NCBI GenBank assembly: GCA_043819945.1
Contig: JBDREH010000036.1
Location: 82-64,081, forward strand
Origin: Bacillota bacterium
GTDB lineage: Bacteria > Bacillota_I > Bacilli_A > Acholeplasmatales > Acholeplasmataceae
Length of the DNA stretch: 64,000 nt
Direction of reading: 5' to 3'
The notes under the pieces are model-generated. The model ran no database searches and was not told the DNA's origin. It saw only the letters and a list, made by a program, of their open reading frames with translations. Of this stretch, positions 30,996 to 38,699 are shown in pieces. How positions within the stretch are numbered: the stretch's first letter is position 1; every line of letters starts with the position of its first letter. Both the position numbers and the translations under genes were made by a program.

Positions 30996-31090
30996 ATAAA
31001 ACGTTTTCACACACTTGTATTTTAATACAAAGAGCAAAAAAAAACAACAGTTATCCGTTGTTTTGCGTTTAAGATTTTTAATGATATAAT
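30996..31090. promoter_or_regulatory. Divergent promoters of glm-mal-cit and fum operons, with cre-like site
   Basis: Minus strand: TTGTTT(31047-42)-17-TAAAAT(31024-19) then TGAAAACGTTTT (31009-30998). Plus strand: TTGCGT(31063-68)-16-TATAAT(31085-90) with TG. Confidence 0.6.
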
Positions 31091-31107
31091 ATGTGTAGGT
31101 GAAATGT

Positions 31108-31947
31108 ATGAGAAATGTGGATATTAAAGAGATAACAAACACGATCAAAGCCCTTGCTTTGGATGCGAATTGCAACATTGGAAAATCATTTATTGATGAG
31201 CTTAGAGAAGCAATAAAAAAAGAGAAATCCGAGATAGGGAGAAATGTTTTAGAGCAAATTATCGAAAATGATGAAATTGCTCTTGAAGCACATGAACCGA
31301 TGTGTCAAGATACGGGCATGGTGGTTGTTTTTTTAGAAGTTGGATATGATGTTCATTTCAACGGTGATGTCTATGATGCCGTCAATGAAGGTGTCAGACA
31401 AGCCTATCATGAAGGACTGCTTCGCAAGTCTGTTGCATTGCATCCCATTTCTCGTGGAAATACAAACGATAATACTCCTGCAATTATTCATATCAAATTG
31501 GTAGACGGCAACCAAATAAAAATCACACTCGCCCCTAAGGGTGGAGGAAGCGAAAATATGAGTCTCGTTAAAATGCTCATCCCATCTGATGGGATTGAGG
31601 GCATTAAAAAATTGGTGCTTCACACCATTTTTTATGCTGGAGGCAAACCTTGTCCACCGCTTGTTGTAGGGATTGGTATTGGGGGTAACCTAGAAAAATC
31701 AGCATTGATTGCAAAAGAAGCATTAATGCGTGATTTACATGACATTAATCCCGATCCTATTCTTGCTCAACTTGAGACGGAATTACTAGAAGAGATTAAT
31801 CGATTGGGAGTTGGTCCGATGGGATTTGGAGGCACAACAACGGCTTTAGCAGTTAAAATTGGTGCTTATCCTTGCCATTTCGCTTCTTTACCTATTGCGA
31901 TTAACATTCAATGCCATGCTTCAAGACATAAGTCAATCATGCTATAG
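31108..31947 (+). CDS. Class I Fe-S hydro-lyase alpha subunit (fumarase/tartrate dehydratase family; probable mesaconase)
   Basis: PMCQDTG, DNTPA, KGGGSEN, KPCPP, GPMGFGG, PCHFASLP...CHA. Confidence 0.9.
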   Translation: MRNVDIKEITNTIKALALDANCNIGKSFIDELREAIKKEKSEIGRNVLEQIIENDEIALEAHEPMCQDTGMVVVFLEVGYDVHFNGDVYDAVNEGVRQAYHEGLLRKSVALHPISRGNTNDNTPAIIHIKLVDGNQIKITLAPKGGGSENMSLVKMLIPSDGIEGIKKLVLHTIFYAGGKPCPPLVVGIGIGGNLEKSALIAKEALMRDLHDINPDPILAQLETELLEEINRLGVGPMGFGGTTTALAVKIGAYPCHFASLPIAINIQCHASRHKSIML

Positions 31948-31957
31948 GAGGTATGAA

Positions 31958-32509
31958 ATGAAACTAAAAACACCGATTACAAAACATGATATCCTAAATA
32001 TGAAAGTTGGAGATATTATCTATATAACTGGAACGCTTTATACTGGACGTGATGCTGCACATAAGCGTATGGTTGAAGCTCTTGAATCAGGATTTGAGCT
32101 TCCCATTGATTTTTCCGGTCAGGTCATTTACTATACAGGACCGACCCCGTCAAAACCGAATCGTCCAATTGGCTCATGTGGTCCAACTTCTAGTTATCGA
32201 ATGGATGCATACAGCCTACCTTTAATGAAAAAAGGGCTTAAGGTCATGATTGGCAAAGGTGACAGAAGTGATGCCTTTATTAAAGACATGATTGAACAAA
32301 AAGCTGTTTATTTACAAGCAGTTGGTGGAGCCGGAGCACTTTTATCAAGAAAAGTGGTCAAGAGTGAAGTGGTTGCCTATCCTGATTTGGGAGCTGAAGC
32401 AATTTATAAGCTTGAGGTTATCGATTTTCCTGCTATTGTTACCTACGATGTATATGGTGGTAATCTAATTGTTGATGAAGTTAAAAAATATCGAAATATT
32501 CAATTTTAA
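31958..32509 (+). CDS. Class I Fe-S hydro-lyase beta subunit (probable mesaconase)
   Basis: GRDAAHKR, GPTSSYRMD, IGKG, GGAGAL, DLGAEAI; GGAGG RBS gives ATG 31958. Confidence 0.9.
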   Translation: MKLKTPITKHDILNMKVGDIIYITGTLYTGRDAAHKRMVEALESGFELPIDFSGQVIYYTGPTPSKPNRPIGSCGPTSSYRMDAYSLPLMKKGLKVMIGKGDRSDAFIKDMIEQKAVYLQAVGGAGALLSRKVVKSEVVAYPDLGAEAIYKLEVIDFPAIVTYDVYGGNLIVDEVKKYRNIQF

Positions 32510-32555
32510 ATTTTTAATACATAGACAGTTAATAGATAAATGAACGAGGTTGACG

Positions 32556-33095
32556 ATGAAAGAAGAGACCAAAACAAGCAGAAAAGTATATGAATGTTCA
32601 TTCATGGAGATTTATGAAGATGAGGTTATTCTGCCTAATCAAAATTTAAGTCAAAGAGTCTATATTAAACACCCTGGAGCAGCTGCTATTTTACCTATAA
32701 CTAAAGATAATAAAATCATATTGATCAAACAATATCGATATCCGATTCATAGCATTAGTTTAGAAGTTCCAGCAGGCAAAAAAGATAATCTATCTGAAGA
32801 CAGCTATGCATGTGCAATGCGTGAATTAGAAGAAGAAACAGGACACATCTCTAGTGAAATGAAATTTCTAAATAGAATTTATCCCTGTGTTGGATATTCT
32901 AACGAATATATTGATTTATTTATTGCGGAAAATTGCATGAGAAAAATAGATCCAAAGTCAATGGACGAGGATGAAAGCATTGAAAGTGTTTTTTTCAGTC
33001 TTAGTGAAATCAAGCAAATGATAGCTACAAATCAAATCACCGATGGCAAGACATTAATTCTCTTGCAATCCTATTTATTGATGGTAAAACCATGA
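32556..33095 (+). CDS. NUDIX hydrolase (ADP-ribose pyrophosphatase-like)
   Basis: EVPAGK...AMRELEEETG Nudix box; HPGAAAI; QYRYP. Confidence 0.9.
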   Translation: MKEETKTSRKVYECSFMEIYEDEVILPNQNLSQRVYIKHPGAAAILPITKDNKIILIKQYRYPIHSISLEVPAGKKDNLSEDSYACAMRELEEETGHISSEMKFLNRIYPCVGYSNEYIDLFIAENCMRKIDPKSMDEDESIESVFFSLSEIKQMIATNQITDGKTLILLQSYLLMVKP

Positions 33096-34240
33096 AAAAA
33101 AGAAGAATTGATCGACAACAAGACCTAATAATGTCTATACTTAGACCGGTCGTTCGAATTTGGATGCGTATGGATGCTAAACGAATGGTTCATCTTGGAG
33201 ACGGTGTGAGTTTAAAGAGAAAAGAGCCCTACATCTTGCTAGCAAATCATACTTTTTTGTTTGATGTCATCCACGTGCCACTCAGATTAAAAAATGTTCC
33301 CTTTATCGTCGCTTCTCAGACATTATTTAAAAAACAACCCACAAAATTTTTAGTCACACAGGTTGCTCATGTCATTCCTAAATCAAAAGGGGCAAGCGAT
33401 ACATCAACCGTTAGAGATTTAATTGGTTCTATTCGTAGAGGCTACCCGATACTCATCTTCCCAGAAGGTGATACGACTTTCTATGGTGAGACTGGGTATA
33501 TCGAAGAGTCAACGATGAAACTCATCAAAAAACTTGGAGTAGATGTCGTAACATGTCACGTTAAAGGTGGATATTTATCAAAGCCTAGATGGGCAACTGG
33601 AAAAAGGAAAAATCGTCAAATAAGACTTGAATATGAACTTACCATACCTAAGGAAAAAATTACAGATTTGAGTCTTGCACAGATTAACGATATCATCAAA
33701 AATGCATTATTTCATAATGATTATCAATATCAAAGAACAGTCATGATTCCTCATCCAGGTAAGAAACTAGCTGAAGGTATTGAAAATGTTGTTTATGTCT
33801 GTCCTTTTTGTGAAGCCATCAATACGATTGAATCAAAAGGAAATACTTTAAAATGCAGTGCTTGCAGGCATGAAGGCAAAATGGATTCCTATGGTTTTAT
33901 TCAAGATTTTAGGTTTGACAATCTGATTGACTGGAACAACTATCAAAAAAAATTTTCAAGCAAACTTCGGGAAGCAACCATCAAATCGGTTGGCTTTCTA
34001 AACTATTTAAGTAAAGAAGACGATCATCTAGAACCTATCGGTCAAATTGAAATTGATTATCATGATTATCAATTTCACATATCAGGTGCGCTATCCTTAG
34101 AGATCCCTATCAATGAGATTACAAATGCAACGATAACCTTGAGAAGGGATTTTGGATTTGTCTGGAATCAGCGTCATTATTTAATCAAATTAGAACGATT
34201 TGGAGCATCACTTCTCCGTGTTGTCCAAGATAAATATTAA
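33092..34240 (+). CDS. Lysophospholipid acyltransferase family protein
   Basis: NHTFLFD (NHx4D) and IFPEG; CPFC zinc-ribbon-like C-terminal part. Confidence 0.85.
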   Translation: MKKRRIDRQQDLIMSILRPVVRIWMRMDAKRMVHLGDGVSLKRKEPYILLANHTFLFDVIHVPLRLKNVPFIVASQTLFKKQPTKFLVTQVAHVIPKSKGASDTSTVRDLIGSIRRGYPILIFPEGDTTFYGETGYIEESTMKLIKKLGVDVVTCHVKGGYLSKPRWATGKRKNRQIRLEYELTIPKEKITDLSLAQINDIIKNALFHNDYQYQRTVMIPHPGKKLAEGIENVVYVCPFCEAINTIESKGNTLKCSACRHEGKMDSYGFIQDFRFDNLIDWNNYQKKFSSKLREATIKSVGFLNYLSKEDDHLEPIGQIEIDYHDYQFHISGALSLEIPINEITNATITLRRDFGFVWNQRHYLIKLERFGASLLRVVQDKY

Positions 34241-34329
34241 ATTGTGATTATGACTAGACATTGTATATATATCTAGGCGTATAATAGAATTAAAGTTACG
34301 AAGAATTGAATAAAAGGAGCGCTTTAAAA

Positions 34330-35367
34330 ATGGAAATGACAGCAGTGATTAAAGAATCCAGAGAACCTGGTTTTAAGATTGTAAAAAAGCAGGTCCCAGA
34401 TGTTTTAGGTCCAAATGAAGTTTTGATTAAAGTACTAGCCACATCGATTTGTGGGACAGATGTCCATATCTATAAATGGGACCGATGGAGTCAAAATCGG
34501 ATCAAACCACCACTTACTGTCGGACATGAATTTAGTGGCAGAGTTTTAAAAATTGGAAGCAGTGTTAAACAAGTCAAGGTTGGAGATATTGTTTCAGCTG
34601 AGACGCACATCGTTTGTCACGAATGTGAGTTTTGCCGTAGAGGTGAATATCACATTTGCAAAAACACAAAAATTATCGGTGTGGATACAGATGGTTGTTT
34701 TGCAGAATATGCAAGAATGCCAGCTGAAAACTTGATTATCAATCATGCAGATGTGGATCCCAAGTATTTATCAATTCAGGAACCATTAGGCAATGCAGTT
34801 CACACCATGCTTCACTTTCCAATAACAGGTAAAACAGTGGCAATCGTTGGTTGTGGACCCATCGGAATGATGGGTGTTAACATTGCTAAAGTTGTTGGAG
34901 CCAGTAAGATTATTGCTATCGAAATCAATGATTATCGGATTAAGCTTGCAAAAGAACTTGGGGCCGATGTCATTATCAATCCACTCAAGGAAAATGTCAT
35001 TACTCGTGTGTTAGAAGAAACCGATGGCATGGGTGTAGATATTGTTGCAGAATTTTCAGGAAACAAACAGGCTATTGAGGATTCCTTTAAATATGTCAAG
35101 GCTGGCGGGAAAATGTCAATGCTTGGTATTACTCCACAAAATATCGAATTCGACTTATCTAACGATGTCGTTTTCAAAGGGATAACAATTTATGGTGTTG
35201 TAGGCCGTATATTACCCGAAACATGGCAACAGGTTACTGGCCTTGTTGAAAGTGGTAAATTGGATTTAGAAAAGATTGTTACACATACTTTTTCACTTAC
35301 ACAAATGGATGAAGCGATGCAAATCATGATTTCAGGAAATAGTGGGAAAGTTGTATTAATTCCATAA
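34330..35367 (+). CDS. tdh: L-threonine 3-dehydrogenase
   Basis: ICGTDVHIY.WD.W, GHEF, CHECEFC...C, QEPLGNAVHT, GCGPIG; adjacent to kbl. Confidence 0.95.
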   Translation: MEMTAVIKESREPGFKIVKKQVPDVLGPNEVLIKVLATSICGTDVHIYKWDRWSQNRIKPPLTVGHEFSGRVLKIGSSVKQVKVGDIVSAETHIVCHECEFCRRGEYHICKNTKIIGVDTDGCFAEYARMPAENLIINHADVDPKYLSIQEPLGNAVHTMLHFPITGKTVAIVGCGPIGMMGVNIAKVVGASKIIAIEINDYRIKLAKELGADVIINPLKENVITRVLEETDGMGVDIVAEFSGNKQAIEDSFKYVKAGGKMSMLGITPQNIEFDLSNDVVFKGITIYGVVGRILPETWQQVTGLVESGKLDLEKIVTHTFSLTQMDEAMQIMISGNSGKVVLIP

Positions 35368-35382
35368 ACAAAGGAGGATATT

Positions 35383-36555
35383 ATGTCATATCTACTATTA
35401 AGGGTTAATGAACTTAAAGCAGATGGTGTTTATCGCAAGTTGCCAATTAATGATGGTCCTTGTGATGCCGTAATCAAGCTTAACGGAAAACCAGTTATCA
35501 ACCTTTCGTCCAATAATTATTTAGGATTTGCAAATCATCCTAGAATCAAAAAAGCTGCAAAGGACGCAATCGATAAATTTGGTGTCGGATCCGGTGCAGT
35601 GCGCACGATTGTGGGGAATATGACGATTCATGAAGAACTTGATCGTTTAATAGCACGCTTTAAACATGAAGATGCTGCTGTAGTGTTTCAATCGGGATTC
35701 GCAACTAATGCAGGAGTGATTCAAGCAATAACCGATGAGCATGACTTGATTGTCTCAGATGAGCTGAATCACGCTTCAATTATCGATGGAATCAGGTTAT
35801 CTAAGGCTAGCAGAGCCGTATATAAGCATAGCGACATGGCAAGTCTCGAGACTGTATTAAAAGAAAGAAGAGAACATTATCACAATGTATTAATCATTAC
35901 TGACGGTGTTTTTTCGATGGATGGTGATATTGCAAAATTACCTGAAATTGTTAAATTAGCTAAAAAATATAAAGCATTGACGTATGTTGACGATGCACAT
36001 GGATCAGGTGTTCTTGGTCGTTCAGGCAGAGGCACTGTCGACCACTTTGGTCTCCACGGACAGGTCGACTTCATCGTAGGAACTTTGTCCAAGGCTATTG
36101 GTGTTGTTGGTGGTTATGTATGTGGATCTTTAGCCATGCGTGACTGGTTATTGCACAGAGGAAGACCATTATTGTTTTCAACAGCCATGATGCCTTCTGC
36201 AGTTGCAGCCATTATTGAAGCATTTCACATGCTTGAAGAATCTACAGATTATACCGACAGATTATGGGATAATGCTCGTTATTTCAAAAAAAAATTGGTT
36301 GAACATGGATTTGACATTGGTCAAAGTGAAACACCCATCACACCTATCATGATTGGCGATGAAAGTACAACGATGGAGTTTTCTAAGAATTTGCTTAAAT
36401 ATGGCGTGTTCGTCTCAGCCATTGTTTTCCCCACTGTACCCAAGGGTAAGGGAAGAATTCGTTGCATGGTATCAGCATTACATTCCAAAGAGCAATTGGA
36501 TAAAGCAGTTGAGATTATTTACAAGACTGCAAAGAAAATGGAATTAATTGCCTAG
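35383..36555 (+). CDS. kbl: Glycine C-acetyltransferase (2-amino-3-ketobutyrate CoA ligase)
   Basis: [39 protein letters not shown]. Confidence 0.92.
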   Translation: MSYLLLRVNELKADGVYRKLPINDGPCDAVIKLNGKPVINLSSNNYLGFANHPRIKKAAKDAIDKFGVGSGAVRTIVGNMTIHEELDRLIARFKHEDAAVVFQSGFATNAGVIQAITDEHDLIVSDELNHASIIDGIRLSKASRAVYKHSDMASLETVLKERREHYHNVLIITDGVFSMDGDIAKLPEIVKLAKKYKALTYVDDAHGSGVLGRSGRGTVDHFGLHGQVDFIVGTLSKAIGVVGGYVCGSLAMRDWLLHRGRPLLFSTAMMPSAVAAIIEAFHMLEESTDYTDRLWDNARYFKKKLVEHGFDIGQSETPITPIMIGDESTTMEFSKNLLKYGVFVSAIVFPTVPKGKGRIRCMVSALHSKEQLDKAVEIIYKTAKKMELIA

Positions 36556-36574
36556 TTAAGACTAGGCTTTTTTT
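36550..36574 (+). terminator. Intrinsic terminator
   Basis: gcctagt-taag-actaggc-ttttttt overlapping kbl stop. Confidence 0.8.
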
Positions 36575-36671
36575 CTATTTGAAAATATGAAAAGAATATC
36601 CTTAAAATAATGCTTTCAAAAACAATTTTATTTTATGGTAAGATTATTGTAGATATTGACATTAGAGGTAA

Positions 36672-38699
36672 ATGATGGGCGAAAACCAACATTTGAATGA
36701 AAATGTAAATCTCATATATAATTTGGGTCCCTTTCTTGTTGATTCAAAGCATGCACATAATAGCTATCTCATTCAATATGATAAACTAAATATACTTATT
36801 GATTTAACACCTATTCAGGTTTTTCCTCAACAAAAATCGGCAATTCAAAAAATTGTTGATTTTTCACAGCTCACATACATTATTATCCAAAATATTACCA
36901 TGTCAAGTATGGACGTTATCTTGCAACTCATTGAAGATGGATTTAAAGGGACTATTATCACTAACGTTTATTTTGCGCGACAAATTGTGAGTTTTAATCT
37001 CCCACTCAAAATTGAATTAATTGAGGAACTAAAGTATCAATTAATTAAGCAAAATCAAATTATTTTCAAATTTATTCCTATGGTTTTTTTACCTTATCCG
37101 GAAATGTTCATGACTTATATGCCTTCCTATTTCGCATTATTTTCATCAACACTTTTTAGTAGTTATTTTGACAAGGATACCTATCCAAGTATAGATCATC
37201 TCCAAAGATCAATATATGCGTATCATAAATATACAATGCCTAGTAGCCTATATATTCAACCCCCTCTGAAATTGCTACAGAAGCTTGATATTCATCACAT
37301 TTATCCAGGAATGGGCTATTTGATTTCAAAACAAATATTTAGTGCTATTTATGATTTCGAACAAAAGCTCGATTTTTATAATAATTATCAGGTTTTTACT
37401 TACGATGCAGAAGGTGAGAAATGCATCAATTACAGAGAAATCATCAATCACATGCTCAATCATCTTCAAAAATATTTTTCAAAAATTGAGATTCTAAATA
37501 CCTTCATAGGAACATCCTTTAATCTTCAACCAGATCCTTTGATGCTAATAAAGTCTTCTGTTGATGAATATAAACTTTGGCATGGTTTTTTCGAACATAT
37601 TTATGTGACAAAAGGATTACCTTGGATTACTATCTTAGAACCCTTAGTGAATCGATATTTTGAGAGTTATGGTGTAGCAAAACCAAACGTCTATATGTCA
37701 AAATTTATTGAAATGACTATGAAAGCTGAATCTCTACAAAAATTAAAGACTGAATTAGAAGAGCACATTGAACAGTTGAATGCTGAGATTGAAGATACAA
37801 AAGATCAATTTATGCGTTGCCCAATTACGCATTTGTATAATCAGGATTTCTTTAAACATTTACTTAAGATGGATTTAAACAAGCCTAAAGTAGAAGGCTT
37901 TACCAAAGGATTTTTACTGATACAAATTGATCAATTGACCGATCTTAACCGTCGCTACGGAAAAGAAACCGGAGATGAATCTTTAAGAAATTTAGCATAC
38001 CAAATACAACAGGTCAAACAACCTGACGCCTTGCTTTTTAAGCAAAATGGACCTGGTATCTTGATCTATCATGAGAAAGTTATATCACAAGGCATAGAAG
38101 ATTGTGCAGTTGCTGTCAGAAATGCAATCAATGAGTCAAATTTGTTTATTGAAAAGATTTCAACTTCAATTAGTACAGTTGATTTAGAGGAAATAAATCC
38201 AAAATTAGAAGTAGATGAACAAATAAGAGAAATCTTTAGACTGCTTGATCAACGTAATATAATAGCCAAAAGCAAAGGAATGGGTCTCATTATCGATCAT
38301 AAGACAAATTTACCCATATCTCAAGAAGGTATTGTGTTGCTAGTTGATGAAGATGAGGTCAATCTCAATATGTTAAATCGTATTTTCAAACGCATTCATT
38401 TTGATGTCAAAATAGCAAGGGGCGTCGAAGAAGCACTTGAGATTATTGATGAGGTTTTAATCGATGTCATCATTTCAGAGATTAATTTGTCTAAGATTGA
38501 TGGATTTACTTTAAAGCGTATGTTGAATGAGAGCAAGGATCATCAAAAAATACCATTCATTATGGTTTCGCATAATAAAACTCTCGAAAATATTAAAAGA
38601 GGTAACTCACTCAATGTCAATCTAATGCTGGAAAAACCAATTATTCCAGACGAATTGATCGGGCACGTTAAGCGCTATAAAACATGGGTACATCAATGA
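36672..38699 (+). CDS. Multidomain signalling protein: degenerate MBL-fold (ODP/flavodiiron-like), coiled coil, degenerate GGDEF, atypical receiver
   Basis: NSYLI...LID / FKFIP..FLPYP.MFMTY...LFSS MBL pattern; CPITHLYN...IDQL..LN.RYGKETGDE.L GGDEF scaffold with NGPGI at the signature; REC domain with IISE instead of IISD. Confidence 0.75.
   Translation: MMGENQHLNENVNLIYNLGPFLVDSKHAHNSYLIQYDKLNILIDLTPIQVFPQQKSAIQKIVDFSQLTYIIIQNITMSSMDVILQLIEDGFKGTIITNVYFARQIVSFNLPLKIELIEELKYQLIKQNQIIFKFIPMVFLPYPEMFMTYMPSYFALFSSTLFSSYFDKDTYPSIDHLQRSIYAYHKYTMPSSLYIQPPLKLLQKLDIHHIYPGMGYLISKQIFSAIYDFEQKLDFYNNYQVFTYDAEGEKCINYREIINHMLNHLQKYFSKIEILNTFIGTSFNLQPDPLMLIKSSVDEYKLWHGFFEHIYVTKGLPWITILEPLVNRYFESYGVAKPNVYMSKFIEMTMKAESLQKLKTELEEHIEQLNAEIEDTKDQFMRCPITHLYNQDFFKHLLKMDLNKPKVEGFTKGFLLIQIDQLTDLNRRYGKETGDESLRNLAYQIQQVKQPDALLFKQNGPGILIYHEKVISQGIEDCAVAVRNAINESNLFIEKISTSISTVDLEEINPKLEVDEQIREIFRLLDQRNIIAKSKGMGLIIDHKTNLPISQEGIVLLVDEDEVNLNMLNRIFKRIHFDVKIARGVEEALEIIDEVLIDVIISEINLSKIDGFTLKRMLNESKDHQKIPFIMVSHNKTLENIKRGNSLNVNLMLEKPIIPDELIGHVKRYKTWVHQ

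Noticed and set aside
30949-31107. Cobalamin riboswitch upstream of glutamate mutase
   Set aside because: Region is short, AT-rich, filled by two promoters and lacks B12-box features.
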